Origin: Octopus bimaculoides
Taxonomy: Eukaryota
Assembly (NCBI RefSeq): GCF_001194135.2
Contig: NC_069004.1
Location: forward strand, 13,267,166-13,330,828
Length of the DNA stretch: 63,663 nt
Reading direction: 5' to 3'
Below the pieces are notes generated by a model. The model saw only the letters and a program-made list of their open reading frames with translations. It was not told where the DNA came from and made no database searches. Each line of letters starts with the position of its first letter. The first letter of the stretch is position 1. This document shows, piece after piece, positions 12,162 to 23,994 of the stretch. Position numbers and translations under genes: made by a program.

Positions 12162-12546
12162 GAATTATTTACATTATTTACATTTGACGGATATTTGTCC
12201 TCATTTTGTTTGTTGTTAACACGTTTCGGCTGATATACCCTCCAGCCTTCATTAGGTGTCTTGGGGAAATTTCAAACCTGGGTTCTCATTCCTAAGGTAT
12301 TTTTCGATGTTGTTGTTATTATTATTATTATTAGTATTCCAGTCACTGCCTGGAATCGAACTCGGAATCTTGGGATTAGTAACCCATGCTCTTAACCACT
12401 AAGCCATATGTCCGTGGGCATATGGCGTTGTGGTTACTAACCCCAAGATTCCTAGTTCGATTCCAGGCAGTGACCTGAATAACAGCAATAACAAATATCC
12501 ATCAATTGTAAATGTACATAATTCCTCATCTCTTAAATATAGAACA
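12162..12546. mobile_element. Composite tRNA-headed SINE with hammerhead-like tail, head-to-head inverted (copy A)
   Basis: Near-complete minus-strand unit 12162-12414 abuts an internally deleted plus-strand unit 12417-12546. Possible TSD GGACAT at 12156-12161 and 12547-12552. Confidence 0.75.
12218..12260 (-). ncRNA. Degenerate hammerhead-ribozyme-like motif
   Basis: Reverse complement reads GACAC CTAATGA A GGCTG..CAGCC GAAA CGTGTT; the core G5 is changed to A, so it is probably inactive. Confidence 0.5.
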
Positions 12547-14899
12547 GGACATCAATGTTTTGAAACTGACCTATTTTCCATTACTGAGTTGCTGAAGCAG
12601 AAACATTGTTATAGCAAATATTCTGCTCAATACCAGAGATTTTCTTGACCTGAACCACTTGAGCATGTCACTTAATGGCTGACACTATGTGCATCTCTGA
12701 TCATGAGCAGGAGAGATGGGGGAATATTATAGCCATGTGTTGAGAGAGATTCTTTGGGCTTTGAATAAATGTGAAAGCAAATTTTGAAGGAAATATTAGC
12801 CATTTTTCATACTTTCTAGAAGTAAGCAAATAAGAAATAACAGCTGCTACCGAAGGACAAAAATCATGTTACACAGTGTAATGCATTATCAGAAGCATAG
12901 TCAAGATTGGCTAAAACTTTTTACTGCTTCCACTGGATACCATATTCCTTGCTGTCAATTACATTTTTTAATGATGAAATCAGCAATTATAGAAGGTCTT
13001 TAACTCCAAATAAAAATGACACAAGGTAGAGTGAGGTCCTTTTAGTCCTGCTGGCATAGGAAAATCCTATCCGACTGGTGATAAAAAGGTTATCCGGCTA
13101 TAAAAACTATGCTACATGACATGTAATAGAGTAATATTCGACTTATTTATTTATCTACTTTTATTGTTGTTGTGTGTACCAGGACAAAGGACCACTACAT
13201 GTGGCAAGACACTGCGAAATCATGGCAAGATGACATGTAAAAGGCACCCATGCTGGTGACACATAAAAGACACCCAGTACGTTATGTCAAGGGCTTCCAG
13301 ACATAGGAACCATGCCAAAAATGATGAGTAAGATCACAGCAAGATGTTGTTTGTGAGAGGCTCAAGATGTGGCACTGCTACATGTGGTGAGAAACTGTGA
13401 GATCATTGTAAAAAGATGTGAGAGTGTTACACATGGTGAAAAACTGAGGCCATCATAGTAAGATGGTGAAACAGCTACATGTAGTGAGAAACTAAGATCG
13501 TACTAAAGAGATGCAAGAATGCTACATGTGGCAGGAGACCCATAAAATCGTGGCAAGAAGCTGTGAAACTGCTACAAGTGGCTAGGAAATGCTTGTGTGG
13601 CCACTGCAACACTTATCAACTTGGAAATAAAATTTAAAAAAATTTAAATGAAGTAACAACAAAATGATAACAGTATTTCAAAAACTTTGTAAATATTTTA
13701 CTTTATTTCTGGAAGAAATATTTTCTTTATATTTTATATACATATCGTTCAAGAAATATGCTGTCCCATAATTTTTCTACCCTTCTTTCCATTATCATTA
13801 ATATTATCATTATTATATCATTGTAATATTTGTATCTGGATCTGGTGGCCATGTGTTTGGAGCTCTAAGTTTTCCTTAAAATTTGTCTTATTGTTTGCTT
13901 TTCCAAATTTTGTTGAACTGTTGAGTACATAACCCTGCTCACGGTAAGCAGCACTAGCTGGGGTGTCGAGAACTTGCCCTTTAAGGGCAAATTTTGAGTT
14001 TAAAAAAAAAAAAACTTTATATTCTAAAAATAAAAATTCAATATGGTTTTCCAAATTGAGGGGACTGACAGTTCTTGGAACAGCCATTTTGACATTTTGT
14101 TCCCTCCACTAATTAATGTGGTTGAGAGGCAGAGCAAAGACAGCAGCAATGACCAAGATAAATTTGGAAATGATGCAAGTATGACATCCAGTACCATATG
14201 AAACACTTATAAAATTAGTAAAGCAACAATGAGAGTTGCTTTTTCTAAGCTGAAACACAGTGAGTTCAGACAGATATGTAGAAAGACAGAAGAGGTAGAG
14301 ATATCAGAAAAGGAATTGGTAAGAGCTAAAATGCACCTAACCAGGACTGGCAGAACAGTCCACCTTAAAACATCAGAAGAGTAAGAAGTAACAAGAAGAC
14401 AAACAATCTTATACAGATGTATATCTGCAAAGGCAAGAAGGCTAGAAAGAGCTGCAAAAACAGCAATTATAGCAGCAGCAGCAATCACAATAGAGAATTC
14501 ACCAACATCTATGGCTTTCACATACCAGACAACAGTAAAAAGCTCCACAAGGCATGTCTCTTCCATGTTCAGAGCAGTCAGACAATTCCTGCAGTGAGAG
14601 AGATGATGAAGAGCCCAAATGGCAAAATGTCAGCAGGTTTCACAAAAGAGAAAGAAAAACACACCAACATCAATACAAAAATCTGGCAGGTATGGTCAGA
14701 GTGGGGAGACACCTTTGGGGACAATACACAAATACTAACCCCCAACAGCAGCCACACCAATACCACCAACATCATACCCATCGCCACCACCACTACCACC
14801 ATCACAACCCAATTCACACATCTCAATTTCAACAAAACTCTAACATTATGAACTACACAGCAATAAACATGAACAATAAAGAACTGATGGAACACTTAT

Positions 14900-15400
14900 A
14901 TAGGGGAAAGGTACCTATGTTGGGCCAGTGCTGATATTGGGTGTGTGTCCCTCCTCCCCTCGCCTATAGGTATTTCCACAAATTCCCGGCCTAGCAGTGC
15001 TATCAAGGTGCAATGCCGGTTCAGCATGAATTCTACAGGCATTGAAGTGCAAACAGCCAGGCGTGCCTGAGATGCATGTGAAGGAACAAATCTGTTCTGC
15101 ACATCCTTGTGCCGTGCCTGAGCATTGTTGACTTGTGGGTTTATGTTGAACACCTGCTGTCATGTGTAGGATGAATCTGGCTATTGGCCGAGTCCATTGT
15201 GAAGATCACCTGCTGCCTTCCTTTGGCCGTGAAGGGCTGGCAGTGTTTCTTTGTCTGATGGCCTAAGTGAAAGAGGTTGTGGGGGTGGGCCAAGTTGGAA
15301 GGGCTGAAGACAAACACTTTGGCCAAACCCTCATCAACTTTTTCAAGTTCCACTTGAAAATAAAGTGAGGGTACAGAAGGGAAGTGCTGCCTCCCACTAG
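14900..15400 (+). mobile_element. Decayed L1/Tx1-like ORF2 C-terminal fragment
   Basis: CLRCM*RNKSVLHILVPCLSIVDLWVYVEHLL contains a CxxC..H..C knuckle with a stop codon. Confidence 0.55.
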
Positions 15401-17330
15401 ATCAGAGCATCACAAACAAAAATATAAATGGAAAGGAACGTGGAGCAAACCTAAAAACTGGAAACAATGAATTCAGAAACCACGATTATGATACTTTAAA
15501 AATGTGTGTAATCAAAGAAAAGAACTCAGCATTGACCACTGACTGTACCTCCCCCAAAAAATAGACAGCAAAAACAATGAAAAACAAATATGGTCATCGC
15601 AAATGCAACAGAAGCAAATGTCGTTATGACCAGACTAAATGAAACAATATATGTGACAGCCTCTGTAGCCTCAAAGGAAAGTGGATAATCCCTCAAATCC
15701 ATCCAAATAGGAGTATCACAACCTGAACAGATGGTATGGAAAACTAATATCTAGAAAAAAAAAATAATAAAATAAAAGGATTTGTCAATCTTTAATTAAC
15801 CAAAGTAACCAGACAACACTACTAAGTAACAAGAAAGAAAAATAATACTACAGAAATATAAAATAACAAGAAACTCTGCCAAATCAGATTGGAGCCTGGT
15901 GTAGCCATCTGGTTTCACCAGTCCTCAGTCAAATTGTCTAACCCATGCTAGCATGGAAAGTGGACGTTAAAATGGTAACATGAAGCACCTTGTTGATGCT
16001 TCATGTTACCATCCCATGCACTGCCGGACCAGTTGGGTAAAAGCACAACAAACCCATTCTTCTATTCTCCAGGATGCTTCACGCTTTCAATCCTGCGCAA
16101 TGCAGCATGGCCTAGCAGCATGTCTGCTTTCTATATCATCCATGTCTGAATTATATAATGCAAAATGTTCATACAAAAAAACAAACTGCTAACTGTTGTG
16201 ACTCACAGCCATTTGAGTTTGACCATGTGACCACTTCTGGGAGCTACGCTTGCCACCTGCAATTAGTCTCCCTCTGATTAGGAAGGGCATCCAGCCAAAG
16301 AAACCATGCCAAAATCAGACAACTGGAGCATGGACAGCTGACCAGCTCCTGTCAAACCATCCAACCCAACCCAGCATGGAAAATGGATGTATGATGGTGA
16401 TGATGCCATGAATAAATGGCAAACAGTTCTACAGCTACAGACATAAGAAGGAATCATAAAACTAAAGCCATTTCCATTAGAAGAGGAATATTCAAAGAAG
16501 ACTCACTCACTCCACCTTCTTTTCTGTCTGGAACTGACACCTTTAACTAACATGCTAGACAGAACAGGATGTGGATACAACTGCTATGGTAAAACAATCA
16601 ACCAACTCTTGTATACGGATGATCTAAAACTGTATGTTGTAAATGACAAACAACTGAAAACATTATCACAGACAGAATATAGATTTACCAAACAAATAAA
16701 TATTAAATTCAGCTTAGAAAAATGTACCAAAGCAACCTTGTAAAGAGGAAATCTAGTTAAGAGTAACAATATCACACTAGGTAAAGAAAATGAAATAAGA
16801 GAACTAGACCAAACTCAGACATACAAATACTAAGGAACCAATGAACTAGATATGGTACAACACACAAATGAAAGAGAAGATAAGGAAGAAATACTATAGA
16901 CAAGTTAGATTAATACTTAAAATAGAGTACAATGTGAAAAACAAGGTAATAGGCATCAATATTCTAGCTGTCCCAGTTATAAATTACAGTTATAATATTC
17001 TTAACTGGATACTAAATGAATTAACCAAACTAGACAAGAAAATAAGAAAAGAAAAATGACAGAATTTAAAATATGCCACCTAAAATCTGACATAGAAAGG
17101 TTATATATACAATGAATTGAAGGTAGAAAAACTACTATAAAATATCCACCATAGGATTACAGAAATATCTAACTCAGAACCAAGGAAAACTGGTACAAAA
17201 AGCTGCAAAGCATGAGCAAAACAGAAACTTTTTTCTGCTTTCAAGGAAGCCAAAAAATACAAGAAGGAGGCCATAGAACCTGACAACTACGGAAAAAAAG
17301 AGCAAACAACAAAAGCTGTAAACAAATAGA
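15400..17330 (+). mobile_element. Decayed R4/Dong-like non-LTR retrotransposon (RT region) interrupted by family E fragments
   Basis: INQLLYTDDLKLY, KFSLEKC, YKY*G, IRKKYYRQVRLILK..NKVIGINILAVPVINYSYNILNW across broken frames. Confidence 0.8.
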
Positions 17331-17334
17331 AAGA

Positions 17335-18010
17335 TTTAATTTATCGACCCTGAAAGGATGAAAGGCAAAGTTGACATGGTGGAATTTGAACTTAGACTGT
17401 GAAGACAGACAAAATACCGCTAAACATCTCACCTAGCAAGCTAATAATTCTGCCAGCTCGCTTCCTTAATAATAATAATAATAATAATAATGATGATGAT
17501 GATGATTTCAAATTTTTTGCACAAGGCCAGGAGATTCAGGGGAGGGAGCAAGTTGATGATATTGACCCCAATGTTCAAGTGGTACATATTCTGCCCACTC
17601 ACCACCTTAATAATAATAATAATAATAATAATACCAACCCCAGTACTCAACTGGTACTTATTTTATCGACCCCCAAAACACGAAAGGTAAAGTTGACCCT
17701 GGTGAATTTTGAACTCAGAACGTAAAGACAGACAAAATGCCTGGCTTGCTAACGATTCTACCAGCCTGCCACCATATTAATAATAATAACAATCCTTTCT
17801 ACTATAGGTATAAGGCTTGGAATTCTCAGAGATAGGGCTAGTTGATTACATTAACACCAGTACTTAACTGGTACTTATTTTATAGACCCCAAAAAGATGA
17901 AAGGTAAAGTTGACCTCGGCAGAATTCGAACTCAGAAATACCGTAACAGACGAAATAGCGCTAAGCATTTTGCCTGGTGTGCTGATGATTCTGCTACCTC
18001 GCTGCCTTAA
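17335..18010 (-). mobile_element. Array of about 4 family B SINE copies or fragments with (AAT)n spacers
   Basis: Reverse complement of the 3546-4570 unit. Confidence 0.85.
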
Positions 18011-18197
18011 TAATAAATAATGGTAATAATATTTACACAGACCATTGGATTTTTTAAAGAAATGAATAACATGATGATGATGATGATAGTAATATCAATG
18101 ATGGTAAAATGGAACAGAAAGAATGTAGTGATCAGTCCACTGCACTTTGCCCTGGGGGGGGGGGTCATCACACCACCATCACCAGCACCACTGTTTC

Positions 18198-18359
18198 TCA
18201 AACATTCATACAATAGCAATATTTTCGAAGATCTGGGAATTTCTCGCTGATACAGTTTGGTTGATCGCCATATTTGTTGAGACGGCTGATTTCAGGGAAA
18301 ACTTGGAAATTTTGGGTTTCAAGGTTGACCTTTACGCTGGCTTCATAAAGGCCATTGTT
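18198..18359 (-). CDS. DUF229-family protein, terminal coding exon (5' end in gap 18360-18778)
   Basis: Manual translation: NNGLYEASVKVNLETQNFQVFPEISRLNKYGDQPNCISEKFPDLRKYCYCMNV*, with TGA at 18200-18198. The YEA, SRLNKYG and LRKYCYC motifs match the DUF229 C-terminus. Confidence 0.9.
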   Translation of the reverse strand, partial: NNGLYEASVKVNLETQNFQVFPEISRLNKYGDQPNCISEKFPDLRKYCYCMNV

Positions 18360-18778
18360 NNNNNNNNNNNNNNNNNNNNNNNNNNNNNNNNNNNNNNNNN
18401 NNNNNNNNNNNNNNNNNNNNNNNNNNNNNNNNNNNNNNNNNNNNNNNNNNNNNNNNNNNNNNNNNNNNNNNNNNNNNNNNNNNNNNNNNNNNNNNNNNNN
18501 NNNNNNNNNNNNNNNNNNNNNNNNNNNNNNNNNNNNNNNNNNNNNNNNNNNNNNNNNNNNNNNNNNNNNNNNNNNNNNNNNNNNNNNNNNNNNNNNNNNN
18601 NNNNNNNNNNNNNNNNNNNNNNNNNNNNNNNNNNNNNNNNNNNNNNNNNNNNNNNNNNNNNNNNNNNNNNNNNNNNNNNNNNNNNNNNNNNNNNNNNNNN
18701 NNNNNNNNNNNNNNNNNNNNNNNNNNNNNNNNNNNNNNNNNNNNNNNNNNNNNNNNNNNNNNNNNNNNNNNNNNNNNN
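18360..18778. other. Assembly gap hiding the start of the DUF229 terminal exon
   Basis: N run. Other gaps: 8573-8582, 20587-21300, 29363-29372, 30302-30316, 31806-31820, 55204-55827, 61693-61702. Confidence 0.98.
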
Positions 18779-19200
18779 CTTGAAATAGAAATTAGCAAAA
18801 TGTGGAATCTGAAGACGAAAACAATACCTATTGTTAAAGGTGCCCTGGGAATGACAGCGAAACGGGCTGATTACTACCTAGCTCAGATACCAGGAAACCC
18901 CAAAATGGCTGAAGTTCAAAAGATAGTGCTCATGGGAACTGCCCATATCCTACGTAAAATACTGTCTATGTGATCTCAAATTTTAAAACAAACACATAAT
19001 TTTCTTATGGTTTCTTAAACATTCTCTAGAACAACACTGTACAAATCCAAATATATGGTACCCTAGGCATAACACCTACATGAACTTCTAACTTGTCTCT
19101 TGAGGTCTCTGGGTGAGACTTGGATCCAACTTGTACAAATGCAAAGCAAAAGTTAAACATAAAATAATAATAACAATAATAATAATAGTTAATAATAATA
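18779..19200 (+). mobile_element. 3' end of an R4/Dong-like element: intact C-terminal RLE coding stretch, 3' UTR and (AAT)n tail
   Basis: 18779-18973 reads LEIEISKMWNLKTKTIPIVKGALG...VQKIVLMGTAHILRKILSM* with no frameshift; (AAT)-rich tail from about 19161. Confidence 0.8.
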
Positions 19201-19204
19201 CAAG

Positions 19205-19920
19205 TAATGGTTTCAAATTTTGGCACAAGGCCAGCAAGTTTGGGGATGGGGCTAGTTGATTACATCAACCCCAGTGCTCAACTGGTACTTACTTTATCAA
19301 CCCTTGAAAGGATGAAAGACAAAGTCAACCTCAGAGGAATTTGAACTCAGAACATAAGGACAGAGAAAATCCTGTTAAGCATTTTGCCCGGCATGCTAAC
19401 AATTCTGCCAACTTGCTGCCTTAAATAATAATGGTTTCAAATTTTGACACAAGGCCAGCAATTTTTGGTGTAGGTAGTAGGTTGATTACATCAACCCCAG
19501 TGCTCAACAGATACTTATTTTATCAACCCCTAAAGAGGATGAAAGGCAAAGCCGATCTCAAAAGAATCCGAACACAGAACATAAAGATGGATGAAATGCC
19601 ACTAAGCATTTTTCCCAGCATGCTAATGATTCTGCCAGCTCACAGTTAATGATAATAATAATAATAATAATAACAACAACAACAATAGTGTCAAAATTTG
19701 GCACAAGGCAGCAAGTTCGGGGGGGGGGGGACTAAGTTGATTAAATCAACCCCAATGCTCAACTGGTACTTATTTTATTGACCCTGAAAGGATGAAAGAC
19801 AAAGTCGACCTCAGTGGAGTTTGAACTCAGAAAGTAAAAATGGATGAATACCATCAGGACGAAATACTGCTCAGCATTTTGCCTGGAGTGCAAACAATTC
19901 TGCCAGTTTATCACCTTTAG
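19205..19920 (-). mobile_element. Array of 3 family B SINE copies
   Basis: Repeated reverse-complement unit with AAT spacers. Confidence 0.85.
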
Positions 19921-20290
19921 AGTAATATTGTCTTTTAAACAAGTAGGACTTGCTACCAACATACCATCATACCTTTTACTAATATTTTAGCTGCTATTTA
20001 CTCACAACTTGATACAGGTATCCCTTATGACCTTTCCACACTTGACCCTGCATTCAAGACATGACAAGTGGAAGGTAAAGAGGTACTTTTCTGGTGTTTT
20101 ATCAATGCTTGGAGGAAGAAAAGTAATGGGATCTCAATGGTATTTGAACTAAGAATGTAAAGAACTAAAACAAACCACCAGGCACAAGGCTTGCAATTTG
20201 CGGAGATGATACAAACAATTCTGTTAATTACCATCCTTCCCCGATCATCATCATTTAACATCTTTTTTTTTCTTCTTGCTAGAATGGGTT

Positions 20291-20586
20291 GTGGAGGCGC
20301 AATGGCCCAGTGGTTAGAGCAGCGGACTCGCAGTCATAGGATCGCGGTTTCGATTCCCAGACCGGGCGTTGTGAGTGTTTATTGAGCGAAAACACCTAAA
20401 AGCTCCACGAGGGTTCGGCAGGGGATGGTGTCGAACCCTGCTGTACTCTTTCACCACAACTTTCTCTCACTCTTACTTCCTGTTTCTGTTGTACCTGTAA
20501 TTCAAAGGGTCAGCCTTGTCACACTGTGTCACGCTGAATATTCCCGAGAACTACGTTAAGGGTACACGTGTCTGTGGAGTGCTCAG
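20291..20586 (+). mobile_element. Family D SINE truncated by gap
   Basis: A box TGGCCCAGTGG and B box GGTTTCGATTCCC; body matches 43841-44225. Confidence 0.85.
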
Positions 20587-21619
20587 NNNNNNNNNNNNNN
20601 NNNNNNNNNNNNNNNNNNNNNNNNNNNNNNNNNNNNNNNNNNNNNNNNNNNNNNNNNNNNNNNNNNNNNNNNNNNNNNNNNNNNNNNNNNNNNNNNNNNN
20701 NNNNNNNNNNNNNNNNNNNNNNNNNNNNNNNNNNNNNNNNNNNNNNNNNNNNNNNNNNNNNNNNNNNNNNNNNNNNNNNNNNNNNNNNNNNNNNNNNNNN
20801 NNNNNNNNNNNNNNNNNNNNNNNNNNNNNNNNNNNNNNNNNNNNNNNNNNNNNNNNNNNNNNNNNNNNNNNNNNNNNNNNNNNNNNNNNNNNNNNNNNNN
20901 NNNNNNNNNNNNNNNNNNNNNNNNNNNNNNNNNNNNNNNNNNNNNNNNNNNNNNNNNNNNNNNNNNNNNNNNNNNNNNNNNNNNNNNNNNNNNNNNNNNN
21001 NNNNNNNNNNNNNNNNNNNNNNNNNNNNNNNNNNNNNNNNNNNNNNNNNNNNNNNNNNNNNNNNNNNNNNNNNNNNNNNNNNNNNNNNNNNNNNNNNNNN
21101 NNNNNNNNNNNNNNNNNNNNNNNNNNNNNNNNNNNNNNNNNNNNNNNNNNNNNNNNNNNNNNNNNNNNNNNNNNNNNNNNNNNNNNNNNNNNNNNNNNNN
21201 NNNNNNNNNNNNNNNNNNNNNNNNNNNNNNNNNNNNNNNNNNNNNNNNNNNNNNNNNNNNNNNNNNNNNNNNNNNNNNNNNNNNNNNNNNNNNNNNNNNN
21301 AAAAACAGTTCTGTGTTCTGTGTGTATCAAAAATATCGCTATCAATCTGGAGTAATAATTTGTAGTTTTGAAATCAGTAGTTCTTTGACTGCTATTTCTG
21401 AATTCTCAGTATGTTGGAGAAGCAGGTTACTGTCAATCCCTATATATTTATGATTATAAATGTTTTTTACCGAAAAGGTTTTTTCATACTGAGCTACCCG
21501 GCAAAATTGTTAATTATTAATTTTATTACTAATTGACGATTCCCTGCCCTGCATATATATATACTTTTGTTATTTACACCACCTGTCCTCGTCTGTTGTT
21601 ATTATTTGTATATTCTCCC

Positions 21620-21652
<33 letters not shown>

Positions 21653-23036
21653 TAAACAGGATGGTCATAATCAGAATACATTTGATCATAGATCTGTTGA
21701 ATCAAGATCGATTAAGAAGTTAAACAACAAGAGAGCCTGTATGTAGTTGCCTGCTAGAAATGACAGCAGACAAGTCTGCTGCAAATCTCATTCTTACTGT
21801 CTAAAATGAAAGAGGCAGATGACAATGGACAATGTAGTAATTCCTGATATACTAAAAGACAGGATAGTCATCATTGGAATGCCCTTAACCAGAGGTCTGT
21901 TTGCCCAGAGCTAAGTAAGACAGCTATCTGCTGCTCCATAAACTGTTTCTCAAGAACTAAAAATCATTAAAAGGCAAGTAAATAAACTAGATGTGTTGAT
22001 TTAATCAATTCTGAAATATATATTTTGCCTTTGCTTAGTCAGTTGCATTGATTTTTTCTGTTTGTTTTTTTCCTTTTGTACTTAAAAACGCATCATTGTA
22101 ACTGTAAAGATTTTGAAGTGTTCAGAATTAACAAAGATCAATACTGGAACAGATAATCAATACAAAGACATACATCAAAGGTAAGAAAACAAAATTATTT
22201 CTCTTTTTTAAATTTAAATGTTTTAAATGTTTATATAAATGTTTTAAAAATTTATGAAAAAAAAAATTTTTTTTAACTGTAAAAATAAAACAGTATAATC
22301 TATTACAATGAACTAACAGACTGAATATTTTTACAGAAAGGAGGGAGAAAGAGAGAGAGTTTAGTTGACTGAATCAACCTAGTGTATTTCTAAATCTTTT
22401 AATACCTGAGGAGGCAAACTAAATAGTAATAATAATAATAATAATAATAGTAATAATAATAATAATAATGATACAGTATTTAATTTTGCTACTTGTCAGG
22501 GATATTAGCTGCATGTAACTGGGCATCCTATCTCAAGAAAGATATATCTCCTATTCTGCTTTGCACAAACTGAATCTGAAGGAACAAGTTTTGGTTTTAT
22601 ATTTCATCAGGATACCACATGTTAAAGTTTATGATACACTGTTTAACATGGAGATATTTGCTACACCCTATTTCACCACCTCTATGTGCACCTACCACCT
22701 GCCCATTATAAAAAACAAAACACAGTTTTTTATTAGTTCGGGACACCGTTTGCCTGAAAATCAAAAGTAGGAGTTAACATATTTAATGTAGAGAAAACAA
22801 ATCTAACTATGGTGAGAAGAAAGCATTTTCTCAATGCATAATAGCATATAATCATTTTCAAAAGTAGGAGAGACAACACTGAACATGTGTTGGTTTTATT
22901 AGATCTCTTCAGGAGTATTGATTTCACTGTACTTGCTTATGTTTTAGATTTTTTCTCTGCATAAAATATGTTTACACCTAACTGTAAAGTACAAACAAGT
23001 TTCTAAGGAGATATATTTAAATGTTACAGTACAAAC

Positions 23037-23980
23037 CTTCTCATTCGGAGATACTAGATAGACAGAGAATATTTTTTTCAGTGAAAGTTGACCACACAAG
23101 TGTTTCACAGGCAACAGAAGTGTCCTAATGTAGGACATAACTTTCTGCATTGATGAATGTACAAGCTGAGTAGAAGGATCAACAGGGTATCTTGACAGGC
23201 AGCTACACCAGTGCATAGCAATGCCAGCAGATTTGCATGTTCGATTAAGTGGGATTGGCTGCAAGAGACTGAGACCACGAGTCGAGTAATCAACAGGTTC
23301 GAACATACGAGTAGAGTCGAGTATGTCCAGCATTGTCTCATGCACGTCAAATGGTGTCACTAGTCTCTCCTGATTGCTCTTCAGATTCTTCATAAAATAC
23401 GAGTATTTCAACTGAAACCACTTGGGGAACACGAATGACATGAAAGGCAGGCGTTCTTCCAGCTTGCCTTGGACTGTGTTGCGTACACTGCCATATCTTG
23501 CCCCATGATCACTCATAACTATCAACAAGGTGTTGTTTAAGTAGTTTCCCTTCTCCATGGATTGAAAGAATGCCAGCAGGTCCTTGTCCAGGTACTGGAT
23601 AGGATTGTTGTCGTTGTGAGACAGTTCTCCGTGGAAAGCAAATGCGAACTTGGATACATTAGCATACTTCTGGAAAAAGTCTTTGAGATAATCCAAAGTG
23701 AACTGATGCTTTGGTTTGGAGCCAAGACAGAAGTTGATGCTGCTTTCATCAAGCACAGATTCACTGATGGCTTGCCAGAAGGGTCGCATATAATGGTCAG
23801 TCGGTGCATTGTAGAAACCATTGAAACGTAGATTGAATACACCAAGACTAGGGCAGTCTTCAGCAAATAACGTGACATAGCCTTTCGAACGGAACTTATT
23901 CCATACCAGAGGATAATCATCAACAAATCCTGAAGTAAGTTGGTTCTTACGGACTTCAGGTAATTCAGTTTCTGTTCTTC
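23037..23980 (-). CDS. DUF229-family protein, internal coding exon (944 nt, phase 1 to phase 0)
   Basis: Acceptor tattttccag|GA at 23981/23980 joins exon 1 in frame: LLTG/RTETELPEVRKNQLTSGFVDDYPLVWNKFRSKGYVTLFAED..DHYMRPFW..HGELSHN..MSDHGARY..EERLP..RLVTPFDVHETMLDIL. Donor AAG|GTTTGT at 23037/23036. Confidence 0.93.
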
Positions 23981-23994
23981 CTGGAAAATAAAAA

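Noticed and set aside
14100-14880. Possible LINE ORF1 or zinc-knuckle remnant
   Set aside because: Too decayed to recognise a motif with confidence.
18779-18800. Acceptor-like tttgctaatttctatttcaag on the minus strand at the gap edge
   Set aside because: It is the antisense of the R4-like coding sequence and is cut by the gap; it cannot be assigned as the terminal-exon acceptor.
20291-20370. tRNA-like sequences (also 10885-10959, 38817-38890, 43841-43915)
   Set aside because: They have A/B boxes but no proper acceptor stem, and each continues into a shared repeat body. These are SINE heads, not tRNA genes.
18147-21365. Long ORFs of 140-280 aa in the track (also 55041-55954)
   Set aside because: They are made of X from N-gaps.
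22944-23036. Read-through C-terminus VCTVTFKY...REKI*
   Set aside because: It begins at a GT donor, lacks family similarity, and the true C-terminus is at 18198-18359.
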